Shown: positions 19,789-29,873 of the stretch, one piece after another
How the letters are laid out: each line of letters starts with the position of its first letter
How positions within the stretch are numbered: position 1 is the stretch's first letter
Sequence record: NC_104726.1
Direction: 5' to 3' (one strand)
Length of the DNA stretch: 64,000 nucleotides
Source of the DNA: a phage
Translations under genes and position numbers: made by a program
Notes under the pieces: generated by a model
Told to the model about the DNA's origin: nothing
What the model saw: only the letters and a program-made list of their open reading frames with translations
Database searches by the model: none

Positions 19789-20466
19789 TTAAAAACTGCG
19801 TTTGCGCCTTGGGTGGCGAGGAGGTTGGTTATTTAGACCACTGATAGGTGTAATACCCTGGACATCGAACGGTCCGTTGCTGTTTTCATTAAATTTAACC
19901 CGAATTCCTTCGTCTACACGAACACCACCAATGATAATCATTCTGCTGTAAGCATCTAGCTCAGAATCTACATAGTCGGGGTGTGCCAGCAGCCAATCAA
20001 GGAAATCTTTCCATTGAGCGTAGGAAGATCCACCACGAATCTCTATAGTCTCATCACCTATTTTTTCCAGACGGGAAGTTATACTTGCATTACCGCTGGA
20101 CACTTCCTGCATCATCAGCCACCGCACAAGTTGCACAAGCACATTGTACTTAAGCAGAGGTAGCTTATCAGGATCTGCCGGATAATTTAGTTTCAACTTC
20201 TCCATGTCAAGGAATGTTTTAATTACCTCATCAGGGAGAGTTTCCTCATCAACATTGCCGAGCAACAACCTCATAATATTAATAAGAGATTGGTCTGGAT
20301 CAGGTTCCGGAAGTACAGGATCTTCTTTTGGTGGTTCTTCTGGGGTATCGACTACACCATCATGGTTAGGCGGTGACGGGATAATCTCTTCATCTTCATA
20401 CCATGCCATTTGAAAATACCTCGTAAAAATAAAGCCCCATTCCTGATTTGGAAGGGGCCTTAACAA
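19789..20466 (-). CDS. hypothetical structural protein
   Basis: 225-aa ORF, acidic/Pro-rich N-terminal half. Confidence 0.3.
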   Translation of the reverse strand: MLRPLPNQEWGFIFTRYFQMAWYEDEEIIPSPPNHDGVVDTPEEPPKEDPVLPEPDPDQSLINIMRLLLGNVDEETLPDEVIKTFLDMEKLKLNYPADPDKLPLLKYNVLVQLVRWLMMQEVSSGNASITSRLEKIGDETIEIRGGSSYAQWKDFLDWLLAHPDYVDSELDAYSRMIIIGGVRVDEGIRVKFNENSNGPFDVQGITPISGLNNQPPRHPRRKRSF

Positions 20467-20468
20467 AA

Positions 20469-21296
20469 TTATGCCAGTGCAGCCTCAAAATCTTTCATCA
20501 TATTTTGGAAAGTTTTTGCCTTACTTAAGGTAACACCGTACTCTTTAGCGAAGGTTTGGAGTGCATCTTTTGAACCACTTTTGTCATCTTCGTTGTTAAG
20601 AGCTGCGGCCTGTTTAAGGATTTCATCCTTATTCTCAATGGCTAAAAATGAGGAAGAGGATACAGTCACATCTTGCGGATCTGCTACAGTAACTTCACCG
20701 TCACCACCAGGTTCAGTAGGACCTACAGGCGGCTCCGGCTCTGGTTCAGGCGGTGGAGCTATCGTAGAAACCAGTCCAAGATTTACAACCTGAGAACGTT
20801 TCTTAGGCCACTCAATGGTGAAAGTTTGGGTATCTTCTTCATAAACAATGTTGCATTGCTCATCGTTTATGGTCACTTTTTTAGGCATCCCTACAGGGTC
20901 CCATAGATGCCCCTCTGCCACGGAAACTTGGAAAGCAGCATCTACCTCTTTAAACACTGACGGGGTGAGGGTGATATTGACATCCCCGCTTTGCAGTGTT
21001 AAAGTGCTTTCATCAAGGTTCTCTGTGAAGAACAGAAGAATAACACCCATACGGATAGTTGAAATACCAGTATCAATTGGCAGGCCTGTATGTTTTGCAA
21101 TCTTCTCAAAGAAGTCTACAATCGTTCTACATGGATAGTGAACACTGCCAATAACGAATTCTGTTGGTGGCAGCAGGGCTGATAAACCAACATTGATTTC
21201 TGGGTTATATTGTGCTAAAAATTGATAAAAACTTAACTGATTGTTGAAAACTCTTAATAGCGGATCATACTCAACTGGATATACGGCTCTCTTCAC
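20469..21296 (-). CDS. hypothetical structural protein
   Basis: 275-aa ORF downstream of major capsid gene; PEPEPEPP linker. Confidence 0.3.
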   Translation of the reverse strand: MKRAVYPVEYDPLLRVFNNQLSFYQFLAQYNPEINVGLSALLPPTEFVIGSVHYPCRTIVDFFEKIAKHTGLPIDTGISTIRMGVILLFFTENLDESTLTLQSGDVNITLTPSVFKEVDAAFQVSVAEGHLWDPVGMPKKVTINDEQCNIVYEEDTQTFTIEWPKKRSQVVNLGLVSTIAPPPEPEPEPPVGPTEPGGDGEVTVADPQDVTVSSSSFLAIENKDEILKQAAALNNEDDKSGSKDALQTFAKEYGVTLSKAKTFQNMMKDFEAALA

Positions 21297-21317
21297 GGGA
21301 CACTCCTGTTAAACCCT

Positions 21318-21353
21318 AATAAATAAAAAGGGGAGGGGGAGAACCCCCTCCCC
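21318..21353 (-). terminator. strong rho-independent terminator after major capsid gene
   Basis: perfect 10-bp stem GGGGAGGGGG-AGAA-CCCCCTCCCC followed by U-rich tract (minus strand). Confidence 0.65.
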
Positions 21354-21377
21354 ATATGGGATGAATCACATCAGTGA

Positions 21378-22388
21378 TTAGTCACCAGCTTTCAGAGTTA
21401 CTTTAACAACCAGCTCTGGGCGGGTGTTAACTGCCAGCATAGAAGTTTCAGATTCAATCTTCTCTTCACGCAGGTATGCAGAGTGTTTATACCACATATA
21501 CAGTTCCTGTGCTGGAGTGTTTGCTTCGTTAACATCGTCTGCCGGAGCAAAGTGCAGTTGGAACATCTGATCAATACCCATCGGCAGAATGCGAGCTTCT
21601 TTCTTAGGAATATTGCCAGAGATATCTTCGATAAAGGTGATACCTTTATGTTCGAACACACGATAAACGCTGTCCTGACCGCCAGCACCCAGACGACGAC
21701 GCAGAGGTTCCTGAGCAGAACCGTAGTAGGTGTATGCCAGTTCTACCAGCGGGTGATGGGTAATAGCACTGAAGAACTCTGGTGAGCACAGGGCTACAAT
21801 ACGATAGCCAGCTGCATTATCGCCAGCTTGCAGCGCGATGTGCAGACGAGCTTCTTCCAGAACCTCCATAGGATCCTGATCTGCTTTTGCAGGGTCGATC
21901 TCAACAGATTTCTGAGACACACCCCATAGAGTGTAGTAATCATACTGGCAGGTAGCGTCACCAGGTGCATAGGATTTACCCAGAATAGCCTGGAACAGAG
22001 CTTTCTCACGCAGTGCTTCATGAGAAACACGGATACGACGAACAACGCGGGTTACTACGTCCTGAACAGTTTTCGGAGCATCAGGAGTGAAGTAACGACG
22101 GAAGTTCTGAACATCTGCGGCAGTGATGCCTTTGTCCAGAGGGAAGAACGGGATGTTCAGGTTTTTAACCTGAGCACGTTCACTACCAACGTAGTTACGC
22201 TCACCACCACGACGGCGTGCCGGAATGTCGGTTACAACTTCATCAACACGCTCGATCTGAGCAATTGTTGAGGTGCCGAGACGAGTTTCGAACAGATCCA
22301 TACCGGTAATCAGGCGAAATTGACGCGGAACAAGGTCCAGGGTAGCACCTAAATCGACAATGCCAAATTCATCTTTACGAGTAATCAT
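21378..22388 (-). CDS. major capsid protein
   Basis: 336 aa, follows decoration and scaffold genes in canonical portal-scaffold-decoration-capsid order; strongest terminator directly downstream. Confidence 0.65.
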   Translation of the reverse strand: MITRKDEFGIVDLGATLDLVPRQFRLITGMDLFETRLGTSTIAQIERVDEVVTDIPARRRGGERNYVGSERAQVKNLNIPFFPLDKGITAADVQNFRRYFTPDAPKTVQDVVTRVVRRIRVSHEALREKALFQAILGKSYAPGDATCQYDYYTLWGVSQKSVEIDPAKADQDPMEVLEEARLHIALQAGDNAAGYRIVALCSPEFFSAITHHPLVELAYTYYGSAQEPLRRRLGAGGQDSVYRVFEHKGITFIEDISGNIPKKEARILPMGIDQMFQLHFAPADDVNEANTPAQELYMWYKHSAYLREEKIESETSMLAVNTRPELVVKVTLKAGD

Positions 22389-22439
22389 TTATTTCTCCAA
22401 AGTAAAACTTAAATATTTTCCCGAACAATTTAGGGCTTA

Positions 22440-22826
22440 TTATTCAACAAGAGTCTGGACGTGAACTTTGTTACCTAAAGCTTCCAACTTATCCAGAATT
22501 CTTTGGTCTGCTTTAGCTCCATCTGCACCTAACAGCATGTCTTTTGCAAAGGTAACACCATGGACGGCAACAACCAGGTTATAGGATTGACCTACTTCTA
22601 AAGGTTTTGCAAGATGAACCGTACCAGCATCTTTGACAAGAGCACGGTCAACAAGAACGCCGTACACATCAGAACCGTCTGCGTTAGCGATGGTACCTGT
22701 TTTTGTTACAACAGTGCCAGCGTGGTGATGCTCTGTCAGTGTTACCTTAATCTCTTTAAAATTGTAGCCAGCATCGCTAGAATCAACTTTGCCGAGCACG
22801 ATATCAGAATATTGAGCGGTAATCAT
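22440..22826 (-). CDS. head decoration protein (lambda gpD-like position)
   Basis: 128 aa, immediately upstream of major capsid gene. Confidence 0.45.
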   Translation of the reverse strand: MITAQYSDIVLGKVDSSDAGYNFKEIKVTLTEHHHAGTVVTKTGTIANADGSDVYGVLVDRALVKDAGTVHLAKPLEVGQSYNLVVAVHGVTFAKDMLLGADGAKADQRILDKLEALGNKVHVQTLVE

Positions 22827-22846
22827 TTATTTCCCCCGTTAATGTC

Positions 22847-23824
22847 TTATTTGTTAGATTCTGCACGTGCACGAGCAAGTGCTTTTGCAACGTTTTCAGC
22901 AAGAATTTCTTCTGCGGATTTTGCAATATCATCCACAACAGGTTCGCCATCATTACCATGTTCAGTGGTGGCAAACTCTTCTTTAGTTTTATGCACCTCT
23001 GCTTCCAGCTCTTCAATTTTTGCTTGAGCTTTCTCCAGCATAGCTACGATAGGTTCGTTAGCTTTTTCCAGCATGAAGTCAACTAGGGTTGCGTGATCTT
23101 CTTCACCAACAAAGCTTAAAGCTTGAGCCTTAGTCAGCATTTTAGCTTTTTCAACTTCAACCTGGGCCTTGATGATTTCTTCAGCTTTACTCTGGGTTGC
23201 TTTCAGCTCTTCTACTTGCTTCAGCAGATCCAGATACTCTTTAGTTTTGGTTACGTCCACCGGATTCTCCTCGGTATTTGCGGATTTTGCAACATCATCC
23301 ACCTCGGTAGTTTTATCCACCTCAGCAGGTTCCTGTACCGCCTTGATCAGGTTCCCTTCTTTATCGAAGAGATCAGCGGTTACTTGTTCAAAAATCTGTT
23401 GTGTTTTTAACAGGCTGTACTGATCTACCACACTAAGCTGCTTGCCTTCTTTTGCAGCCTTATGAATGGTCACGTTATCACAACGCTCTTCCAGCCATGC
23501 AATACAAGACTCTGCGTCAGCTTGCGCCCATTCCCAATCAGGATGCTCTTTAGCCCAAGCCTCCTCTTCAATCTCAAAACCAAGCATGTGTGCAAGTGCT
23601 TTAGCATCATCATACCACATATCGAAGAAACGACGCAGGTATTCTTCAAAACTAAGCTCCACAGTAACTTGGCGAAGTGCCTTAACAATATCGTCTGTTA
23701 ACTGCTCAGGCTTAAGATCACTCTTCATCAAAAGAGATACAGGTCTATTGTTAGCGCTATAGCCTTGCGCCTTGTGGCACAGGGCAATCCCCTTCTCTTT
23801 AATAGTAATCGTTTTTTCAGACAT
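22847..23824 (-). CDS. scaffolding protein
   Basis: 325 aa, C-terminal half strongly helical and Ala/Glu/Lys-rich; between portal-proximal gene and decoration gene. Confidence 0.5.
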   Translation of the reverse strand: MSEKTITIKEKGIALCHKAQGYSANNRPVSLLMKSDLKPEQLTDDIVKALRQVTVELSFEEYLRRFFDMWYDDAKALAHMLGFEIEEEAWAKEHPDWEWAQADAESCIAWLEERCDNVTIHKAAKEGKQLSVVDQYSLLKTQQIFEQVTADLFDKEGNLIKAVQEPAEVDKTTEVDDVAKSANTEENPVDVTKTKEYLDLLKQVEELKATQSKAEEIIKAQVEVEKAKMLTKAQALSFVGEEDHATLVDFMLEKANEPIVAMLEKAQAKIEELEAEVHKTKEEFATTEHGNDGEPVVDDIAKSAEEILAENVAKALARARAESNK

Positions 23825-24243
23825 TATTCATTGCCCTCTTCTACAACACTGATCCCGAAGTTTACGTTGGTAATTTCACCAGTTTCTTCATCAACATTAC
23901 CTGTTGCCTGAATGCTTAGGCCACCAACAATGCCAGCCTTCTTAGCTTCCCATAGTTCAGGATTATTGTATTTAACTTTAGCAACCCAAGAGCCAGCCTT
24001 GATGACCTGCTCAGTGCCAATTACTACAACATCAAACTCTTCTTGAATCCACGTTTTTTCAATGGTGAAAGCATCTGTAGAGGTCAAGTGGAAAAGGTTC
24101 TCAGAAACTAGGCCTGCGGCGTATGCTGCGTCCCAGTTATCTTTAGCCTTTTTGATGGTGTCTTTACTCATCCACTCACCGTGAGCATCTTTAGTGTCAG
24201 GCTCGTAGATGATTTCGTAGGAAATCATTTCTTCCTGTGGCAT
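23824..24243 (-). CDS. head morphogenesis protein (possible prohead protease)
   Basis: ORF track 23824..24399 trimmed to Met at 24243 (GGGGA RBS, avoids overlap with portal); position between portal and scaffold. Confidence 0.3.
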   Translation of the reverse strand: MPQEEMISYEIIYEPDTKDAHGEWMSKDTIKKAKDNWDAAYAAGLVSENLFHLTSTDAFTIEKTWIQEEFDVVVIGTEQVIKAGSWVAKVKYNNPELWEAKKAGIVGGLSIQATGNVDEETGEITNVNFGISVVEEGNE

Positions 24244-24310
24244 ATTATTCCCCATGTGGATTATTTTATCACGCCAAAGGAGGTTTTGCAACCCCCTGTG
24301 TTGATAATTT

Positions 24311-25867
24311 TTAATTTTCCATGTTGGATATGGAATTATCTCTGGTTGATGACATCTTAGAAGTGCCGTTACCAGTGGATCCTGCAGCCATTCCATCACC
24401 AGCCCTGCTGATGTCCTGGCCCAAGAGCTTCATCAGCTCTTCCTGATCCATGTCCTCGTCAAATCTTTCATCAAACCCGCCTACTTCAAGAATCTTATTA
24501 ATTACTGCAGGAGTTTTTGGCAAGTAACCTACAGCACCGATCCTCTGGACAAACTTGGAGAAGCTCTCCATATCCACTTCTTCAATCAGACCAGGTTTCA
24601 GTTTAGGCATATCATCATCTTCAAGGATGATACCATTCAATGCCAGAAGCTGTGGAATAAGATCTTTATTGAAGGCCTCAGTGATAATATCTATATCACG
24701 CTGAACAAAATGACCATGGATAGACTGTTTTGACTCAGACAGAGAGAAAGATCCAACGTTATCGTTACCGAGGTTAATAAAGCCAGCACCGAAACGGTCA
24801 AGAATCGCCTTCTTACGGGCATCGATCAAATCTTTAGTGGAATATTGCTTACCCATACCGTCAACCCCCTTCAGGGTCATGGAGTAAAGCTCTTTACCAG
24901 ACTTATCTCTATCAGACGGAAGTATAAAGAAACTTTGCTCACCACTATGGGCGTTTGCTGCGTCAAGCATAAGGTCTGCAACCATTCTCCCTTCCATTGA
25001 ATTCGGGTCAATGCTGGCCTTGTTCAAAATATTGGAAGGAATTTTCAGCTCAAGCACACCACCAAGGTCTTTGGAACAGCCAACAACCTCAAGGTTTTCA
25101 ATCAGAACTTTCTCACGGAAAGATCTGTAGCAACCTATCATCGGTGACACACCTGCAGGGTTAGATTCTGTTCCTGACAGGGTCATGAGCATAAGCTTTT
25201 TAGCAGGGATGAAAATTTCAGGCTCATTAAAGCCTTTTGAAGGCATTGCAGCAAGAGGTCCAGCCCAGCGTGCATTCTGAGTGTTTAGAAATGCATTAGG
25301 TGACTGATAAATACCTGTCAGTGTTCTACTATTCTTGTCAAAGACAAACGGCTCTGATCTGGACAAACTGGCCTGAGGTCGGAATGCAATTTTATCAATA
25401 AGAAGCATCCCGGCATATTTACCTTCTTTCTCTCTGCGGTATACTTTCTCAAACAGTGAAAAACCATACTCGTTAAAGGTAGCTGCGCTTCTTGCAATAT
25501 CTCGAAGAGTTTGTTGGTTTGCCAAATTACGCAAAGAATACTCTATAAGCTCGGCAGCTTTCTTAGAGTCTTCACTTTTAACATTATAAAGGATCTTAAA
25601 ATCATTAAATGCTTTCGTGATGAAAACATATTTTGTATCTAAGGCAGTAGCAACTGTGGAATCACATTTCATAGTCTCCACTGTAGCAATCAGCTGAGGC
25701 CAACGCAATTCCTCAACCATCATAGATTGCGATTCTGCCATAATTTGGGAAAGTGCGCCAGAACCGATCTCACTCATACGAACATTATGAGTTGGTGCGC
25801 CTGCGTTCCCAGATTTATTCACAGTTTTGGCTGTGGCGTTGTGTTTCCTGCGGTTCTTTTTGGACAC
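24311..25867 (-). CDS. portal protein
   Basis: 518 aa directly downstream of terminase large subunit; size and position typical. Confidence 0.75.
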   Translation of the reverse strand: MSKKNRRKHNATAKTVNKSGNAGAPTHNVRMSEIGSGALSQIMAESQSMMVEELRWPQLIATVETMKCDSTVATALDTKYVFITKAFNDFKILYNVKSEDSKKAAELIEYSLRNLANQQTLRDIARSAATFNEYGFSLFEKVYRREKEGKYAGMLLIDKIAFRPQASLSRSEPFVFDKNSRTLTGIYQSPNAFLNTQNARWAGPLAAMPSKGFNEPEIFIPAKKLMLMTLSGTESNPAGVSPMIGCYRSFREKVLIENLEVVGCSKDLGGVLELKIPSNILNKASIDPNSMEGRMVADLMLDAANAHSGEQSFFILPSDRDKSGKELYSMTLKGVDGMGKQYSTKDLIDARKKAILDRFGAGFINLGNDNVGSFSLSESKQSIHGHFVQRDIDIITEAFNKDLIPQLLALNGIILEDDDMPKLKPGLIEEVDMESFSKFVQRIGAVGYLPKTPAVINKILEVGGFDERFDEDMDQEELMKLLGQDISRAGDGMAAGSTGNGTSKMSSTRDNSISNMEN

Positions 25868-25884
25868 AAGCTTTACCCCTCAAA

Positions 25885-25919
25885 ACAGTATAACAAAATA
25901 GCCCTCGTGTTAGAGGGCT
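25885..25919 (-). terminator. candidate terminator between terL and portal
   Basis: hairpin AGCCCTC-TAACAC-GAGGGCT followed by U-rich tract on minus strand. Confidence 0.4.
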
Positions 25920-25969
25920 AGTATCTCCGATTACTCTATTCTACCACATCTAATTAAGATTGGCAACAC

Positions 25970-26774
25970 TTAGATAAAACGCTTGAACATAGAAGGTGAT
26001 GAGATTGATGGAATCACACAAGGAAGTGCTACCTCCTCTTTCTCCAGGAAATTAATCGCAGAAGCTACACAGTCTGCCCAGTCGTCTTTTCTGTTAAATG
26101 TTGATCTTTCCCCGTTGAATTTTTCAAGTTCAGTCAGAAATGCTTCCAGAGTATCAGGATGGAAACTGGATTTTACAATTCTCACCATTCCTTGTTGGGC
26201 AAGATTGGCAAAAGGTGAGAACCTTGTCAGTTTAGATTTGTTGGAAGGCATTGGGTCTTCTTCAACCCTAAACCCTTCGGCGAGCAGGGATCTGGAGGAG
26301 GTTAAGAACTCACTCTTACCTGCCTGCCCTGGGTCCACAGAGAAGACGATTATGCAATCATCACCATCGAACTGCGCCTGTTTCCTGATGATCACATCTC
26401 GTTCACCAGCCTTTTTACAGAACTTGCCTTCCAATCCTGTGGAATACCTCCCGTCATCCACGTTCTCAGGACAATAATCACCTGACAGGTAATAAAAGCC
26501 GTCGCTATCTTTACTTACCTTAATACTGGCAGTAAAGTCAGGAAATTTATTACCGGAAGTTCTCTCGGTTCCTGCCTTATCCCATGCCCTGCAAGATACT
26601 GATCCAAGGGGTACTCTATCGGCATCACGAAGGAAAGATCTTTGAAAATAGTTTGCACCCTCAGGCTTTGCAAACCAGTTACCATGGAGAAGCTGAGCTT
26701 TTTCCAGCTCTGGTAGACCTTCGAGGAAAGCAAGGTATTCTGGGTTGTCTCTCAAACAGACAGGATTATCGAAT
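25970..26774 (-). CDS. terL: terminase large subunit, exon 3 (nuclease domain)
   Basis: continues FDNPVCLRDNPEYLAFLEGLPELEKAQLLHGNW...; frame open upstream of annotated start to 26774; joins exon 2 in phase. Confidence 0.7.
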
Positions 26775-27753
26775 CCTTATATTCAAAGGTGGTCGCAACA
26801 CCACCCTCCGCACCATTACGTGCCGCTGCATGTTACCATGCAGAGTAGACTATATCACCACCCATCTCAGGGTGCTTCGCTTTTCGAGCGCCATAGGCTT
26901 GCGCCCTACTCCCTCTCGGGATAGTCGTTGAACTACATTACCAATCGTAATTGTTTGAAATATAGGTGTAAGTCTTACGGTCTTTTATTCCTTTAACAAC
27001 ACTAAAACTTACGCCCCACTTCTTAGCTATTTTATTTACACACAAAACCCTATCACTAAGATCCTCGCAGATACCTATTATCTTGTGCTCACTTATCCTA
27101 TTAGAGGTTGGCACTTTTCTAAAGTTAAACTCTTTAGAAATATCTGGGTATACTGAGCCATTCTTTATACCACTTACAAGTGGTTGATTGACACCAAACA
27201 TTTCACAAATGTCTTTTACCCTTGCACCTTGCTCTAACAGTCTACATATTTCAAGAGCAGTGGCATCATCTAGGGACCTGTATTTATTGACATAGTCCTT
27301 TTTAAGTCCCATTTCATGAGCATGATGTGTGTTTTCCTCAGGTGTTGTCCACTCAAGGTTCCATGCGGCGTTATTCAACTTATTGCCATCAAGGTGATTT
27401 ACTTGAGTTTTCACGCTGGGATTATCATTATCAACAAAAGTCATAGCAATCACTCTGTGAACGAGCACTTGGAACTTTTTACCGTCCTCGCACAAAGTTA
27501 CCATAGCATAGCCAGTCTTTTTCTGCACATTAGGATGGAGGAATTTATTAGAATACAGACTGTAAATTCTGCCATCGTATGTAGCACAATAATGATTGTA
27601 GCCTAAAAAGCCTAAATTTTTCATTTCAAACATCTCCCTACTACAGGTTCGGAAGGGTAATTATAGCTGCTGATTGTCCGTTTAGCAATCGGATTTTCCA
27701 GCAATTAACGAAGTTATTCGACGTGCATTTCTGCACGAAGCCACTATCATTTA
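26775..27753 (-). mobile_element. group I intron 2 in terL, carrying HNH homing endonuclease ORF
   Basis: interrupts terL between ...SFSFIGATI and FDNPVCL...; coding strand carries R-like GTTCAACGACTA (26933-26922) and S-like GATATAGTC; exon ends in U, intron ends in G; boundaries +/- ~15 nt. Confidence 0.6.
26938..27633 (-). CDS. intron-encoded HNH homing endonuclease
   Basis: 231 aa; HNH motif HRVIAMTFVDNDNPSVKTQVNHLDGNKLNNAAWNLEW; lies wholly inside terL intron 2. Confidence 0.75.
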   Translation of the reverse strand: MFEMKNLGFLGYNHYCATYDGRIYSLYSNKFLHPNVQKKTGYAMVTLCEDGKKFQVLVHRVIAMTFVDNDNPSVKTQVNHLDGNKLNNAAWNLEWTTPEENTHHAHEMGLKKDYVNKYRSLDDATALEICRLLEQGARVKDICEMFGVNQPLVSGIKNGSVYPDISKEFNFRKVPTSNRISEHKIIGICEDLSDRVLCVNKIAKKWGVSFSVVKGIKDRKTYTYISNNYDW

Positions 27754-28073
27754 ATGGTTGCGCCTATGAACGAGAATGACAACGGTCTTGGCTTGATCTC
27801 TACGCCAAGTCCGTTAACCGTGGTGTATTTCTCTATCAACTCTTCTTTAGAATCTCCCCATATAAATTCACCGTCGCGTCGGATAAAATATCTTTTCTTA
27901 CCGCATTTCTCCGGATCTGGATACCCTTCATCGTCCAACCACCATCTAACCAGTTTGGCAAGCATGTGTTCTGAATCTGGGTTACAGCTGATAACCATTC
28001 TTGATGGATACTTTGACTGAGATCGCAGACGAGACATCAGATAGTCTATCTGCTCCCATTCGAATTGTGTCGT
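27754..28073 (-). CDS. terL: terminase large subunit, exon 2
   Basis: TTQFEWEQIDYLMSRLRSQSKYPSRMVISCNPD...; in-frame continuation upstream of the annotated Met. Confidence 0.65.
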
Positions 28074-28390
28074 CTATGTTCGGGCAAGGTCGCTAGTCTT
28101 GCCCCGCCATTTTTCAGGCAGCTGCATGTCTCCATGCAGACCAGACTATATCTTATAAGCGACAACAACCGCTTACCCTCCCGTTTCGAATCGCTTGATT
28201 CTACGTCTTTCGACTAGTCGTTGAACGTTCATCCTCTCGGATGCTTCGCTGCGGATTATCTAAATTAACACACTGTTACCATACCTTCGATCTCTCTTCG
28301 AAGCCTCTATCATGTTACCATGACAGGTTGGTGGTGTCAATAATAAAGATTTCCCCGCAATTAGGGAGGTTTTACGAGAGCTACAAATTA
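28074..28390 (-). mobile_element. group I intron 1 in terL (no ORF)
   Basis: separates Walker-B exon (…MVCFDEG) from exon 2; coding strand has GTTCAACGACTAG (28225-28213) and AAGATATAGTCTGG (28154-28141); begins after U, ends with G; shares CTGCATG-N5-CATGCAG hairpin with intron 2. Confidence 0.6.
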
Positions 28391-28816
28391 ACCCTCATCG
28401 AAGCAAACCATGGTGTACTCAAGCCCTTGATGGTTAAGCTTATCTTGTACATACTCCATGTGGCAGTATTTTACAACAGCTCCCTTTTTGCTTCTATCCC
28501 ACTTACCAGTGTTAGGATCAAACCGTGGAAAAATGAACTTATGATCCTTCTCTCTGAACTTTGGCTTAATGTTTTCAGGCAGATCACTATAAATAGCTAC
28601 TGCTTTAGGCCATAGTCCACCCTCACCCTCCAACTGTGGAGTTGTTCTTCGGAACATAACCACAGAGCTGTGGGGGTCATCAATAATTTTAAGCGGCATC
28701 AACTGCAAAAGGAACGACTTGCCAGACCCTGCGGCACCGCCGATTACCAAAATATCTGCATCGTTTTCGAGGATCATCTTCTGCTTTTCAGAACACGGTC
28801 CGTAAATCTTAGACAT
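28391..28816 (-). CDS. terL: terminase large subunit, exon 1 (ATPase N-terminus)
   Basis: Walker A GGAAGSGKS and Walker B MVCFDE; ORF track 28388..28816 ends at an in-frame stop that is the first codon of the intron. Confidence 0.75.
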
Positions 28817-29103
28817 TAACCTCTCTCCTTTGGAAACAGTGTTCTAATATAGTCTTGCAAAATGATCAATTTAGCTCTATCATTGCTACAAGACAGATTA
28901 TTATCCCTCATAATGCCAGAATTCACCGCATCTGGCGCACCTTTCTTTAAAGGTATAGCTTTAGCAGGTGGTTTCATGGCACCTTCCGGGGGTTTAACAA
29001 TCAACCTTCCTACATCTGGAGGGTCAATCTTGTATTCTTTCTCAACACTGGTTGCACACCCACATAATAACAAGCACGCAATAAACAGTGTAGCAACTCT
29101 CAT
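28816..29103 (-). CDS. o-spanin (Rz1-like outer-membrane lipoprotein)
   Basis: 95 aa; signal peptide with lipobox LLLCGC; Pro-rich; downstream of i-spanin. Confidence 0.6.
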   Translation of the reverse strand: MRVATLFIACLLLCGCATSVEKEYKIDPPDVGRLIVKPPEGAMKPPAKAIPLKKGAPDAVNSGIMRDNNLSCSNDRAKLIILQDYIRTLFPKERG

Positions 29104-29498
29104 CGATCCTCCTGATTGATACTCTCATTATAAATATCTATAAGCTGATCAGGGAGTGTTGACTTCTTACCTTCAGGTGATTGGAGGTAGATAATCTGCT
29201 TTTCTTTACCTGCCTTCTCAGCCATGTTTAATTTATCCTGTAGGTCAGAAAGAGATTTTTCAAGGTTTTTAACCTCCTCTGCGTGGCCCATTTTAATTTT
29301 GTCGGCCTGCTTTTGTTGCTGATCAAGGATCCGTTCCCACTTTAACTCTGTTGCTGACACACCCTCTTGGTAGGCATCATTAAGCTTAGAGTTAAACCAA
29401 TACACGGCCCCAAGATAAGCTGTACCTATAGCCGCTGCAAAAACTAAACCTTTTATGATCCCTCTATACCTACTCAGCCATGTTAAACCTGAAATCAT
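29100..29498 (-). CDS. i-spanin (Rz-like)
   Basis: 132 aa; N-terminal TM helix then coiled-coil (QQQKQADKIKMGHAEEVKNLEKSLSDLQDKLNMAEK). Confidence 0.6.
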   Translation of the reverse strand: MISGLTWLSRYRGIIKGLVFAAAIGTAYLGAVYWFNSKLNDAYQEGVSATELKWERILDQQQKQADKIKMGHAEEVKNLEKSLSDLQDKLNMAEKAGKEKQIIYLQSPEGKKSTLPDQLIDIYNESINQEDR

Positions 29499-29510
29499 TT
29501 TAAGGCTCCA

Positions 29511-29547
29511 GAAACGAAAAAACCCCGCAGCTATACAGCTAACGGGG
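29511..29547 (-). terminator. candidate terminator upstream of spanin genes
   Basis: CCCCG...CGGGG hairpin followed by UUUUUU on minus strand. Confidence 0.4.
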
Positions 29548-29603
29548 CGGGTTAAAATTGAGTAACCTAAATAGATCGAAACTAACTAAAAGGAGACTAA
29601 TAC

Positions 29604-29873
29604 TTATCGAGGCACTCGGTGGATGATTCTAACAGTAACTGCATTTTCATTCATCAAGTATGCATCTACATCTCTGTAAATATAAAACTTCTGCTCACTA
29701 TCAACAACACAAGCTACTGCCCCTTCAGAGTTGTCTTCAAAAAAGACCACCACTGCATCGCAGCTGAGTTCATGATATGACTCTCGAAGATTTACAGCCA
29801 GAGGATTGAAATCGTCACGAAAATCTACGGTATGGGTTGGATTTACACGCTCTACAATTTTAAGTGTATACAT
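29604..29873 (-). CDS. hypothetical protein
   Basis: ORF 29604..29963 trimmed to Met at 29873 (AAGGAA RBS) because longer form overlaps tRNA-Pro. Confidence 0.4.
   Translation of the reverse strand: MYTLKIVERVNPTHTVDFRDDFNPLAVNLRESYHELSCDAVVVFFEDNSEGAVACVVDSEQKFYIYRDVDAYLMNENAVTVRIIHRVPR

Noticed and set aside
25970-28816. Annotating the three terL-related ORFs as three independent genes (or pseudogene fragments)
   Set aside because: They encode consecutive, non-overlapping parts of one terminase in the correct order, join in frame at U/G-consistent junctions, and the gaps carry group I intron core motifs; a split gene is more parsimonious
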